DNA from: Alphaproteobacteria bacterium
GTDB taxonomy: Bacteria; Pseudomonadota; Alphaproteobacteria; SHVR01
Length of the DNA: 64,000 nt
Direction: 5' to 3'
Assembly: GCA_009694185.1 (NCBI GenBank)
Contig: SHVR01000002.1
Span: 1,096 to 65,095 of the forward strand
In this document: positions 46,796 to 56,478 of the stretch, one piece after another
Numbering within the stretch: position 1 is the stretch's first letter
Layout of the letters: each line of letters begins with the position of its first letter
The notes under the pieces: generated by a model
Databases searched by the model: none
Seen by the model: the letters and a program-made list of their open reading frames with translations, nothing else
What the model was told of the DNA's origin: nothing
Made by a program: the position numbers and the translations under genes

Positions 46796-49594
46796 TCACT
46801 CGGCCGCCGCCTGCTCGCTCTCGCCCGCGACGACCGGCGCCGCTTCGGTCGAGCCGGAGGTCGCTATGGCCGCCCGCAGCGTCTCCTGGATCTGCTTCAG
46901 CTTGCCCTCATGCTCCACCTTCATGCCAAACGCATCCTTGACGTAAAACACATCGGCGACCCGCTCGCCGTAGGTGGAAATGCGGGCGGCGGAAATTTGC
47001 AGACCGAGCTGGGTCAGCGACCCGGTCACGTCGTAGAGAAAGCCGGGCCGGTCGCGGCCATTCACCTCGATCACGGTCTGGGTGGCGCTCGCTTGGTTGT
47101 CGATCAGCACGCGGGGCACCACGGCGAACGGTTCGGCGCGGCTCCGCCAAGGCGGCGCCGTGGCGAACTCGGCCATGAGGTTGAGGCGGTCGCCCAGCGC
47201 CTCTCGGATGCGCGACGTGAGCCGCGCCAGGCGGTCGGCGCGATCGAAGGCGCGGCCCTCGGCGTCCTGGATCCAGAAACTATCGAGGGCGAGCCCGTCC
47301 AGCAGGGTGAAAATGCGGGCGTCGACAATATTGGCGCCCGACACCGCCATGGCGCCCGCGATGCGCGAGAAGAGGCCCGGATGGTCCTGGGTGCAGATGG
47401 TCACCTCGGTCACGGCCCGCGCCAGGTCGACGCGCGTCTCGATCAGGAGCGGTGCCGCGCCCGCCGCGACGCCCATGAGCAAGTGCGCGTGCCGGGCCAA
47501 GGTCTCCACGTCCCAGGCCAGCCAATAGGCGCTCGGGCAGCGTTCCGCGTGGCGCTTGAATGCCGCATCGTCCCAGCCGGGTACCAGCGGGCGCACCGCT
47601 TCCTGGACAGCGGCGGTCCGGGCGCCGACACCCGCCGTCCGGGCGGCGCCGGACATCAGCTCGTCGGCCCGGAGGTGGAGGTCGCGCAACAGCGCCGCCT
47701 TCCAGCCATTCCAGACCTGGGGTCCCACGGCGCGAATGTCGACCACGGTCAGCACCAGCAGCAGGCGGAGCCGCTCGCGGGACTGCACGAGGGCGACGAA
47801 GTCCCTGACTGTCTGAGGATCGGCGAGATCGCGCCGGAAGGCGGTGCGGCTCATCGCCAGGTGATGGAGGACAAGCCAGGCGACCGTCTCGGTCTCCTCT
47901 TCGCTGAGGCCAAGGTGTGGGCAAAGTTCGTTGGCGATGCCGGCGCCCAGCACCGAATGATCGCCGCCCCGACCCTTGGCGATGTCGTGCAGGAGGACCG
48001 ACAGATAGAGAACGCGCCGCGAAGGGAGCTTATGGACCACCTCGCTCGACAGCGGCAACTCGTCTCGCAGGCGGCCCGCTTCGATGGCATGCAGAATGCC
48101 GATCGCCCGGATGGTGTGCTCGTCCACCGTGTAGACGTGGTACATGTCGTATTGCATCTGCGCCACCACCCGCCCGAAGGCCGGGATGAGGCGGCCGAAC
48201 ACACCCGCTTCGTTGAGGCGGCGGAGCGTCGTCTCCGGATCCTTCAGTGACGTCAGCATGTCGAGGAACAGCCGGTTGGCCTCGGGGTTGGCTCGAAGCT
48301 CGGCATCCACCAGCCTAATGTTCTGGGTGATGAGATGCAGCGCCCTGGGGTGGACGTCCAGGTCGTGCGCCTGGGCGGTATGGAAAAGGCGCAGAATGTT
48401 GACCGGGTCGGCCAGGAACCGGCTGGCGTCGGCAACGTTCAGCCGGTCGCCGTCGACCGTGAAGCCATCGATGGCGCGCCCGCGCGTCCAGAGGCGGGCG
48501 AGCGCAGAGCGCGGCCCCTTCCGCTCGGAGGCTTCGATGGCCGCGCAGAAGATGCGCGTCAGGTCGCCGACATGCTTGGCGACCAGGTAATAATGCTTCA
48601 TGAAGCGTTCGACCGCGCGCAACCCGGCCCGCTCCTTGTAGCCGAGCTGGGCACTGATCGCGGACTGGGCATCGAAGGTTAGCCGGTCATCGCCGCGCCC
48701 CGTCAGATAGTGGAGCCGGCAGCGGACCGCCGCGAGGAAGTCGTGCGACTTGGTGAAGCGCTGGGCTTCCGCCGCCGTGAAGACGCCCTGCGCCACCAGG
48801 CCCGCCAAATTCTCGACCCGATGGTGGTATTTGGCGATCCAATAGAGGGTGTGCAGGTCGCGCAGGCCCCCCTTGCCGTCTTTCACGTTCGGCTCGAGTA
48901 CATAACGCGAGTCGCCCATGCGCCGATGCCGCTCGTCCCGCTCGGCGAGTTTGGCGGCAATGAAGGCCTGGCTGGTGCCGGCCACGATGTCGGCATTGAA
49001 ACGCCGCCGCAACTCGTCATGGAGATCCGGCGCACCCCACAGATACCGCGCTTCCAAAAGGCTGGTGCGGATGACCATGTCGGCGCGGGCGAGGCGGATG
49101 CAATCCTCGATCGAGCGCGTCGCGTGGCCGACCTTGAGACCCATGTCCCACAGCAGATAAAGCGCAAACTCGACGATCTGCTCGACGCGGGGTGTGCGCT
49201 TGTAGGGGATCAGGAACAAGAGATCGACGTCGGAATAGGGTGCTAGTTCGCCCCGCCCATAGCCGCCGACCGCGATCACGGCGAGCCGGTCGGCCGTGGT
49301 CGGATTGGCCGCCGGGTAGACATGGGTCGCGGCGAAATCCAACAGGACCGTAATCAGCCGATCGACGGCCAGGGCCTCGGCCGCCATCAGGGCGGCGACC
49401 GGCATGCCCGCCTCGAAGCGGCGCCGGATGCGGGCGCGGGCGCCGTTGAGCGAGTCCTTGGCAAGGGCCAAGACGCGCCCGCGCGCCTCGGGGCCGTGCC
49501 GCGCGCTATCGGCCGTCGCCGCCCACAGCCCCGCCTGAAGCGTGCCGACATTGACGATCTCGTTCGACGATAGGCTCGGAATCACGATGGTCAT
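46796..49594 (-). CDS. glnD: [Protein-PII] uridylyltransferase / uridylyl-removing enzyme
   Basis: 932-aa ORF. The nucleotidyltransferase motif GGYGRGELAPYSDVDLLFL, an HD domain (LLHDIAKGRGGDHS) and two C-terminal ACT-like repeats are present. Confidence 0.95.
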   Translation of the reverse strand: MTIVIPSLSSNEIVNVGTLQAGLWAATADSARHGPEARGRVLALAKDSLNGARARIRRRFEAGMPVAALMAAEALAVDRLITVLLDFAATHVYPAANPTTADRLAVIAVGGYGRGELAPYSDVDLLFLIPYKRTPRVEQIVEFALYLLWDMGLKVGHATRSIEDCIRLARADMVIRTSLLEARYLWGAPDLHDELRRRFNADIVAGTSQAFIAAKLAERDERHRRMGDSRYVLEPNVKDGKGGLRDLHTLYWIAKYHHRVENLAGLVAQGVFTAAEAQRFTKSHDFLAAVRCRLHYLTGRGDDRLTFDAQSAISAQLGYKERAGLRAVERFMKHYYLVAKHVGDLTRIFCAAIEASERKGPRSALARLWTRGRAIDGFTVDGDRLNVADASRFLADPVNILRLFHTAQAHDLDVHPRALHLITQNIRLVDAELRANPEANRLFLDMLTSLKDPETTLRRLNEAGVFGRLIPAFGRVVAQMQYDMYHVYTVDEHTIRAIGILHAIEAGRLRDELPLSSEVVHKLPSRRVLYLSVLLHDIAKGRGGDHSVLGAGIANELCPHLGLSEEETETVAWLVLHHLAMSRTAFRRDLADPQTVRDFVALVQSRERLRLLLVLTVVDIRAVGPQVWNGWKAALLRDLHLRADELMSGAARTAGVGARTAAVQEAVRPLVPGWDDAAFKRHAERCPSAYWLAWDVETLARHAHLLMGVAAGAAPLLIETRVDLARAVTEVTICTQDHPGLFSRIAGAMAVSGANIVDARIFTLLDGLALDSFWIQDAEGRAFDRADRLARLTSRIREALGDRLNLMAEFATAPPWRSRAEPFAVVPRVLIDNQASATQTVIEVNGRDRPGFLYDVTGSLTQLGLQISAARISTYGERVADVFYVKDAFGMKVEHEGKLKQIQETLRAAIATSGSTEAAPVVAGESEQAAAE

Positions 49595-49671
49595 GGCGGC
49601 AAGATTAGAGGATTTTCATGGCGCCCGGAATCATTCGCCCAGGCGGCAAGGCCGCCGATGGGCGCCCTTTC

Positions 49672-49800
49672 CCTAAACGAAGCCAAAGCAAACCCAATAA
49701 CCTATTGATTTTAAACGATAAGAAATTTTAATTTCCAAATTATTTCCGAAATCCCGTTAAATTTCGAATACCCCTATACACCATCTTTCGCGATTTGTCA
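49672..49800. other. AT-rich island in the mutS-glnD intergenic region (presumed glnD promoter/leader context)
   Basis: I counted 39 G/C in the 120 nt of 49681..49800 (about 32 percent), against a visibly GC-rich background. It contains ATTTC(C/G) motifs at 49731, 49742 and 49771 and the palindrome ATTTC-C-GAAAT at 49742..49752. Confidence 0.85.
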
Positions 49801-49821
49801 CGCACCGGATGCGGCGCGGGC

Positions 49822-52581
49822 TCACGCCTCGCCACGCGCGAGGGCCTTCAGGCGGTAGATCAGCTCCAGCGCCTCGCGGGGGCTGAGGCTGTCCGGCTCG
49901 ATCGCCGCAACGGCTGCTTCCAGGGCGGTTTCAACAGGGCCGGAAACACCCCTCACCCCAACCCTCTCCCCCACGGGGGAGAGGGAGTCGAGCAGAGCGA
50001 GACGGGTGAGGGGTGCGCGGAGGGCGGCAAAGAGTGGCAAATCCTGGGCGAGGCGCTGGACAGCGCCCGCCTGGTCGCCCGCTTCGAGCGCCTGAAGAAC
50101 CGCTTCGGCCCGGGCGATGACGGCGGCCGGCAGGCCGGCGAGGCGTGCCACATGTACGCCATAGGAGCGGTCGGCGGCACCGGGTGCCACTTCATGCAGG
50201 AACACCACGTCGCCCCGCCATTCCTTCACCCGCATGGTGTAGGGCTGCAACACGGCCAAGCGCGCCGCGAGCGCCGTCAGCTCGTGAAAATGGGTCGCAA
50301 ATAGGCCGCGACAGCGGTTGACTTCGCAAAGATGCTCGACCGTGGCCCAGGCGATCGAGAGCCCGTCGAAGGTCGCCGTACCACGCCCGATCTCGTCGAG
50401 GATGACGAGCGAGCGGGGGCCGGCCTGGTTCAGGATGGCGGCGGTTTCCACCATCTCGACCATGAAGGTCGACCGCCCGCGCGCCAGATCGTCGGCGGCA
50501 CCGACCCGGCTGAAGAGCCGGTCGACGACGCCGATATGGGCCGATGCCGCCGGCACGAAGGCGCCCATCTGCGCCATGATGGCAATCAGCGCGTTCTGCC
50601 GGAGGAAAGTGCTCTTGCCGGCCATGTTGGGGCCGGTGACCAGCCACAGCCGGCGATCCGGCCCGAGATCGCAGTCATTGGCGACGAACGGTACTTGCCT
50701 CTCTTCGAGCGCCGCCTCCACCACCGGATGGCGGCCCTGGGTGACGCTGAAGGCAAGGCTCCCATCGACCACGGGCCGCACATGGCGCCCGACTTCCGCC
50801 AGCTCGCCCAGCCCCGCCACCACGTCGAGCAATGCCACGGCGCGGGCCGCCTCGGCGACGCCATCGGCCGCTGCCGCGACTTCGTTCGCCAATAGCTGGA
50901 ACAGCTCGAGTTCGAGGGCGAGTGCCCGCTCGCCTGCTTCCGAAATCCGGCTTTCGAGTTCGCCCAGTTCGACCGTCGTGTAGCGCATCGCGTTCGCCAT
51001 GCTTTGGCGATGGATGAACCGGCTGTCGCGGGCGAGCCGCTCGCCATGCGCCTGGCCGACCTCGACGAAAAAGCCCAGCACATTGTTGTGCTTGATCTTA
51101 AGGGACGCGAGCTGGGTTTCGCCCGCGTAGCGGGCCTGCATATCGGCGATCAGGCGGCGGCTTTCGTCGCGGAGCGTCTTCTGGGCATCGAGTTCGCCCG
51201 AACAGCCCGGGCGAATGAAGCCGCCGTCGCGCGCCATGAGCGGCAGATCGGGCGCCAACGTCCCGCCAAGACGGTCGATGAGCGCGCCATGGCGATCGAG
51301 CGTCGCCACCGCCCGCGTGACTCCGGCGGGCGGTGTGGCGAGCCCGGCCTGGCCGACGCGGCCATGGATGGCCGCCGCCACGGCGAGGCCGTCGCGCACG
51401 GCCGCCAAGTCGCGCGGGCCGCCCCGGGCGAGGCTGAGCCGGGAGAGGGCCCGCTCCAAGTCCGGCATGCCAGCCAACAGCCGGCGCAAATCGGTGCGCA
51501 GGCGCTCGTCGCGGACGAAGAAATCGACCATGTCGAGCCGCTCGTTGATCGGCGCGGCATCGGCCAGCGGCGCGGCCAGCCATTGGCTGAGCAAGCGGGC
51601 ACCGCCGCCCGTCACACTGCGGTCCATGCCGGCCAAGAGACTGCCGGCCCGCTCGCCCGCGAGGGTCCGTGTCAATTCCAGATTGCGGCGGGTCGCGGCA
51701 TCGATCGCGAGGCTACCACCCGCCGCCATGCGCCGGGGTGGCGCCAAATGCGGCAGCCGGCCGCTCTGGGTCAGCTCGACATAGTCGACCAGCGCCCCCG
51801 CCGCGGCGATCTCGGCGCGCCCGAAGCTGGCGAAGCCGTCGAGGGCCTGGACCCGATAGAGGGCTTCCAGGCGGCGGCGGCCGTTCTCGCTGTCGAAGCG
51901 GCTGGCCGGCAAGGGCGTGAGGATGGGCCGCCAGTCGGCGAGCGGACCCCTGAGATCGGGCCGCTCGACCAGGCGATCCGCCAGCAACAGTTCCCCGGGA
52001 TCGAGCCTGGCGAGGGCCGTCCCGATCTCGTCCGGCGCCAGCGGCTCGGTGACGAAATCGCCGGTCGACATGTCGAGCCAGGCGAGGCCGAATCCCCCCG
52101 CCGCCTCGGCCAGCGCCGCCAGGTAGTTGTGCCGGCGGGCATCGAGGAGCGTGTCTTCGGTCAGCGTGCCGGCGGTAATCACCCGCACCACGTCGCGCGC
52201 CACCACGCCGCCGCGCCTGCGCGCCAGCGCTGGGTCCTCCATCTGCTCGCAGACGGCGACCTTGAAGCCCTTGCGAATGAGGCGCTCCAGATAGACTTCA
52301 TGAGCCTTGACCGGCACGCCCGCCATCGCCACCTCGGCGCCGCCATGGCGGCCGCGCTTGGTCAGCACGATGTCGAGGGCAGCGGCGGCCTTGACCGCGT
52401 CGTCGAAGAACAGCTCGTAGAAATCGCCCATGCGATAAAATAGGAGATGGTCGGGATGGCGGCGCTTGATATCGAGATATTGCGCCAACAGCGGTGTCGT
52501 CTCTTCGGCACCAATTCGGGCGCCGAGCGGGGCGGCGGTATCGGCGGCGGCGGCGGGACTGTCGGGCAGGGCCGGCTCCAA
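49822..52581 (-). CDS. mutS: DNA mismatch repair protein MutS
   Basis: Motifs [30 protein letters not shown], Walker [17 protein letters not shown] and the C-terminal [14 protein letters not shown] are present. The track ORF extends to ATG 52737, which would abut the divergent maeB start. I provisionally use the in-frame TTG 52581 (919 aa). The start is uncertain. Confidence 0.9.
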   Translation of the reverse strand: MEPALPDSPAAAADTAAPLGARIGAEETTPLLAQYLDIKRRHPDHLLFYRMGDFYELFFDDAVKAAAALDIVLTKRGRHGGAEVAMAGVPVKAHEVYLERLIRKGFKVAVCEQMEDPALARRRGGVVARDVVRVITAGTLTEDTLLDARRHNYLAALAEAAGGFGLAWLDMSTGDFVTEPLAPDEIGTALARLDPGELLLADRLVERPDLRGPLADWRPILTPLPASRFDSENGRRRLEALYRVQALDGFASFGRAEIAAAGALVDYVELTQSGRLPHLAPPRRMAAGGSLAIDAATRRNLELTRTLAGERAGSLLAGMDRSVTGGGARLLSQWLAAPLADAAPINERLDMVDFFVRDERLRTDLRRLLAGMPDLERALSRLSLARGGPRDLAAVRDGLAVAAAIHGRVGQAGLATPPAGVTRAVATLDRHGALIDRLGGTLAPDLPLMARDGGFIRPGCSGELDAQKTLRDESRRLIADMQARYAGETQLASLKIKHNNVLGFFVEVGQAHGERLARDSRFIHRQSMANAMRYTTVELGELESRISEAGERALALELELFQLLANEVAAAADGVAEAARAVALLDVVAGLGELAEVGRHVRPVVDGSLAFSVTQGRHPVVEAALEERQVPFVANDCDLGPDRRLWLVTGPNMAGKSTFLRQNALIAIMAQMGAFVPAASAHIGVVDRLFSRVGAADDLARGRSTFMVEMVETAAILNQAGPRSLVILDEIGRGTATFDGLSIAWATVEHLCEVNRCRGLFATHFHELTALAARLAVLQPYTMRVKEWRGDVVFLHEVAPGAADRSYGVHVARLAGLPAAVIARAEAVLQALEAGDQAGAVQRLAQDLPLFAALRAPLTRLALLDSLSPVGERVGVRGVSGPVETALEAAVAAIEPDSLSPREALELIYRLKALARGEA
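49949..50014. repeat. Nested GC-rich palindrome (REP-like) embedded in frame in the mutS C-terminal linker
   Basis: The inner inverted repeat is ccctctccccc / gggggagaggg (49962..49972 and 49975..49985). The outer one is cccctcaccc / gggtgagggg (49949..49958 and 50005..50014). The element is translated within MutS as ...[20 protein letters not shown]... Confidence 0.6.
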
Positions 52582-52735
52582 TCGGCTAGCAATGCGGACG
52601 TGCCAGGGCGGCGTCTTGGGCCGGCTGAGGTCATGTCCATGGCGGGAATTCCAGGCTAGAGTGCCATTTCGACGGTTGGAACAAAAGGCGCGCGGGCACG
52701 CCAATCGGCGCGCGACATTCGGGGAGGTATTTTTC

Positions 52736-55003
52736 ATGAACGATGACGGCTATTCGGCGCTCGACCGCGAGGCGCTCCGCATGCACGCCCAAGGCCGGCC
52801 CGGCAAGATCGAGGTCGTGGCGACCAAGCCGCTCACCACCCAATATCACCTCTCGCTCGCCTATTCGCCGGGCGTTGCCGCCCCCTGCCTCGAGATCGAG
52901 AAGGATCCGGCGCTCGCCTACGACTACACGGCCAAGGGCAATCTGGTCGCCGTCATTTCCAACGGCACGGCCGTGCTCGGCCTCGGCGATCTGGGGGCGC
53001 TCGCCTCCAAGCCGGTGATGGAGGGCAAGGCGGTCCTCTTCAAGCGTTTTGCCGATGTGGACGGTATCGATCTCGAAGTGTCGACGCGCGACGTGGACGA
53101 ATTCATCAATTGCGTGCGCTATCTGGGCGCCAGTTGGGGCGGCATCAATCTCGAGGACATCAAGGCGCCCGAATGCTTCGTCATCGAGGAGCGCCTCAAG
53201 GAACTGCTCGACATCCCGGTCTTCCATGACGACCAGCATGGCACGGCGATCATCGCCGCCGCCGGCCTGATCAACGCGCTGCACCTGACGGGGCGCGATA
53301 TCACGACCTGCAAGCTGGTGGTGAACGGCGCCGGCGCCTCGGGCATCGCCTGCGTCGAGCTCTTTAAGCTGATGGGCATGCCGAACCAGAATGTCATCCT
53401 GTGCGATACCAAGGGTGTGCTCTATGAAGGCCGCACCGAGGGCATGAACCAGTGGAAGTCGGCGCATTTGGTGGCGACCAAGGCCCGCACGCTCGCCGAG
53501 GCCATGCAAGGCTGCGACGTGGTCATGGGGCTTTCGGCCAAGGGCGCCATCACCCAGGCCATGGTCAAGAGCATGGCCGCCAAGCCGATCATTTTCGCGC
53601 TCGCCAATCCCGACCCGGAAATCTCGCCGGAAGACGCGAAGGCGGTCCGGTCCGACGCGATCATTGCCACCGGACGGTCCGATTATCCCAACCAGATCAA
53701 TAACGTCCTGGGCTTTCCCTACATTTTTCGTGGCGCCCTCGACGTGCGCGCCACGACCATCAACGACGCCATGAAACTCGCCGCCGCCGAAGCGTTGGCG
53801 GCGCTAGCCCGCGAGGACGTGCCGGACGAGGTGGCGGCCGCCTATTCGGGGCGGCGCCTGCGCTATGGCCCCGACTATCTGATCCCGGCGCCCTTCGATC
53901 CGCGCCTGATCGTGACCATCCCGGCGGCCGTCGCCGAGGCGGCGATGCGGACCGGCGTCGCCCGGCGGCCGATTGCCGACATGGGGCAGTATCGCGTCGA
54001 ACTGCGCGCCCGCCTCGATCCCGCGGCCGGCATCCTGGCGCAGATGTTGGCGACTGTTTCGGCCGTTCCCCGCCGCATCGTCTTCGCCGAGGGCGAGGAG
54101 GAACGGGTGATCCGGGCGGCACTCGCCTTCCAGGACCAGGGGTACGGCATTCCGGTGCTGATCGGCCGCGAGGAGCGGGTCAAGGAAGTGGTCCAGCGCT
54201 TGGGGCTGCACGGCGCCGACAGCCTCGAGGTGCATAACGCGCGCCTCAGCAAGGACAATGCCCGCTACACCGAGTTCCTCTATAAGCGCATGCAGCGGAA
54301 GGGGTATTTGCAACGCGACTGCCTGCGCCTGGTGAACCAGGACCGCAACGTTTTCGGCGCCTGCATGGTGGCGATGGGCGATGCCGACGCCATGGTGACC
54401 GGGGTGACGCGCCCGTTCGCGTCGGCCTTCGAGGACATTGCCAACGTCATCGACACCAAGCCGGGTGCCCGGGTGTTCGGCCTCACCATGGTGATCGCGC
54501 GCGGGCGCACCGTGTTCATGGCCGATACCGCCGTCCATGAAGTGCCGACGCCCGAGGCCATGGTCGATATCGTGATCCAGAGCGCCGCCTTCGCCAGGCG
54601 CCTTGGCCACGAACCCCGGATCGCCATGCTCTCCTACGCCAATTTCGGCACCTCCTGGGGCGGCGCCGCAAAACGCGTGCGCGAGGCCGTGCGCCTGCTG
54701 GACGAACGGCGTGTCGACTTCGAGTATGACGGCGAAATGCAGGCCGATGTGGCCTTGGATCACGAATTGATGAAATCGGTCTTTCCATTCTGCCGCCTAT
54801 CGGGGGCGGCCAATGTGCTGATCATGCCGGCGCTCAATGCCGCCAATATCGCGGCCAAATTGATGGCCCAGCTCGGTGGCGGCACCGTGGTCGGGCCGAT
54901 CCTGACCGGCCTCACCAAGCCGATGCAGATCATGCCCATGGGCAGCAACGTCTCCGACATCGTCAATATCGCCGCCCTGGCCGCCCATGAGGTGGGGCGG
55001 TAA
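52736..55003 (+). CDS. maeB: NADP-dependent malic enzyme (malic enzyme domains plus phosphotransacetylase-like C-terminal domain)
   Basis: Track ORF 52466..55003 trimmed to ATG 52736, which has a GGGGAGG SD. The N-terminus is [36 protein letters not shown]. The NAD(P) block [11 protein letters not shown] and a PTA-like C-terminal half are present. Length 755 aa. Confidence 0.95.
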   Translation: MNDDGYSALDREALRMHAQGRPGKIEVVATKPLTTQYHLSLAYSPGVAAPCLEIEKDPALAYDYTAKGNLVAVISNGTAVLGLGDLGALASKPVMEGKAVLFKRFADVDGIDLEVSTRDVDEFINCVRYLGASWGGINLEDIKAPECFVIEERLKELLDIPVFHDDQHGTAIIAAAGLINALHLTGRDITTCKLVVNGAGASGIACVELFKLMGMPNQNVILCDTKGVLYEGRTEGMNQWKSAHLVATKARTLAEAMQGCDVVMGLSAKGAITQAMVKSMAAKPIIFALANPDPEISPEDAKAVRSDAIIATGRSDYPNQINNVLGFPYIFRGALDVRATTINDAMKLAAAEALAALAREDVPDEVAAAYSGRRLRYGPDYLIPAPFDPRLIVTIPAAVAEAAMRTGVARRPIADMGQYRVELRARLDPAAGILAQMLATVSAVPRRIVFAEGEEERVIRAALAFQDQGYGIPVLIGREERVKEVVQRLGLHGADSLEVHNARLSKDNARYTEFLYKRMQRKGYLQRDCLRLVNQDRNVFGACMVAMGDADAMVTGVTRPFASAFEDIANVIDTKPGARVFGLTMVIARGRTVFMADTAVHEVPTPEAMVDIVIQSAAFARRLGHEPRIAMLSYANFGTSWGGAAKRVREAVRLLDERRVDFEYDGEMQADVALDHELMKSVFPFCRLSGAANVLIMPALNAANIAAKLMAQLGGGTVVGPILTGLTKPMQIMPMGSNVSDIVNIAALAAHEVGR

Positions 55004-55027
55004 GCGGCGCCGCGACAGCGCAGCGGA

Positions 55028-56440
55028 ATGGCCACGCCATCTCGGCGCGGCATCATCGAAGCGACCGCCGGCTTCGCGCTCGCCGGCGGCGTGGCGCTCA
55101 TGGTCTTGCGCGCGCTCGGCTGGATCGAGACCGGCGCGCTCCTCGCCGGCATTTGTCTTACCCTGATCGTGGCGGCCGTGGCCGGCATGGCGCATATGCG
55201 GGTATTGGCCGTCTTGGCGGCATGGGCCGAGGGACTGGCGGTCGGTGACCCAGAACAACCAAGAGCTGACAACACACTGCTCGCCACCGATCTTGCCGTC
55301 GCCCTCGGCCGCGCCCAACGCGCCATCCGATCGAGCCAGCATGCGCTTGAAGCTCGGGCCGTCGCCGCCGAGTCGGTCCTCGATAGCGTGCCGCAGCCCC
55401 TCCTGGTGCTCGATCGCCGGCGCCGCATCGTCCAGGCCAACCTCGCCGCCGAAACCCTGCTCGGCGCGCCCCTGGTGGCGCGCGATCTGGCCGAGACGAT
55501 TCGCAATCCGGCCGTGCTCGCGGCCACCGACGGCGTGCTCGGCGACGGCCAGCCCCGGGCCGTCGACTTCGAGTTGAAGGGGCCGCTTGAGCGGCATATG
55601 CGCGCCCGCCTGGCGCCACTGCCACAACCTAGCGAGGCCGGCCAGGCCATCATTCTGGTGCTGGAGGACCTGACCACCATCCGGCGCCTCGAAGCGATGC
55701 GGGTCGACTTCGTCGCCAATGTCAGCCATGAGTTGCGCACGCCGCTCGCGGCGGTGCAGGGCTTCATCGAGACGTTGCAGGGTGCCGCCAAGGACGACGC
55801 CGCGTCCCGCGAGCGCTTCCTCGCCATCATGCATGAGCAGGCGACACGCATGTCGCGCCTGGTGGCCGACCTGTTGTCGCTCTCGCGGATCGAGCTCGAC
55901 GAGCATATCGCGCCCGAAGGGCGGCTCGATCTGGCCGGTCTGCTCGGAACCGTGTCCGCATCGCTTGCCATCGCCGCCGAACGGCGCCAGATGACCATCG
56001 CGCTCGATTGCCCGAACCCACTGCCCATGGTGATCGGCGATCGCGACCAGATCGCCCAGGTGCTGCAGAACCTGATCGACAATGCGATCAAATATGGCCG
56101 GCCGGGCAGCGCGGTCGAGGTGAGCGTCACGGTCGGGGCAAGCGTGCCCACCGGCGGCGGGTTGGCCCGTCCGGCGATCCGCGTGGCCGTGCGCGACCAT
56201 GGCGACGGCATTCCCGAGGAGCACCTGCCCCGCCTGACCGAACGCTTCTACCGGGTCGATGCCGGCCGCTCGCGGGCGCTCGGCGGCACCGGGCTCGGTC
56301 TCGCCATCGTCAAGCACATCGTCAACCGCCATCGCGGCCAGCTCGCCATCGAGAGCACGCCCGGCTGGGGGAGCTGCTTCACCGTCACCCTCCCCGTGGA
56401 AAAGGGGGCCTGTCATCAAACTGTCACGGAAGCCCCCTAG
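55028..56440 (+). CDS. phoR: Phosphate regulon sensor histidine kinase PhoR
   Basis: 470-aa ORF with two N-terminal TM segments and a PAS-like region. The H-box FVANVSHELRTPL, the N-box LIDNAIKYG and the G-boxes DHGDGI / GTGLGLAIVKH are present. It lies directly upstream of pstSCAB-phoU-phoB. Confidence 0.9.
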   Translation: MATPSRRGIIEATAGFALAGGVALMVLRALGWIETGALLAGICLTLIVAAVAGMAHMRVLAVLAAWAEGLAVGDPEQPRADNTLLATDLAVALGRAQRAIRSSQHALEARAVAAESVLDSVPQPLLVLDRRRRIVQANLAAETLLGAPLVARDLAETIRNPAVLAATDGVLGDGQPRAVDFELKGPLERHMRARLAPLPQPSEAGQAIILVLEDLTTIRRLEAMRVDFVANVSHELRTPLAAVQGFIETLQGAAKDDAASRERFLAIMHEQATRMSRLVADLLSLSRIELDEHIAPEGRLDLAGLLGTVSASLAIAAERRQMTIALDCPNPLPMVIGDRDQIAQVLQNLIDNAIKYGRPGSAVEVSVTVGASVPTGGGLARPAIRVAVRDHGDGIPEEHLPRLTERFYRVDAGRSRALGGTGLGLAIVKHIVNRHRGQLAIESTPGWGSCFTVTLPVEKGACHQTVTEAP

Positions 56441-56443
56441 AAT
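56410..56443 (+). promoter_or_regulatory. Pho box (PhoB-binding direct repeats) plus -10 element: PhoB-dependent pstS promoter inside the phoR 3' end
   Basis: CTGTCAT-caaa-CTGTCAC at 56410..56427 matches the enterobacterial Pho-box consensus: two 7-bp direct repeats with a 4-bp A-rich spacer. TAGAAT at 56438..56443 lies 10 bp downstream, the spacing described for E. coli pho promoters. The pstS ATG is at 56479. Confidence 0.7.
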
Positions 56444-56478
56444 GAGGCCGCACTCACCCCACAATGGAGCCATAACCC

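Noticed and set aside
49700-49800. Searched the AT-rich island for a sigma-54 promoter (TGGCAC-N5-TTGC), CtrA boxes (TTAA-N7-TTAA) and DnaA boxes.
   Set aside because: There are no matches with correct spacing. TTGGAAATTAAAATTTC lacks the -12 GC, and the TTAA pairs are 13 nt apart. The region is kept only as a compositional anomaly.
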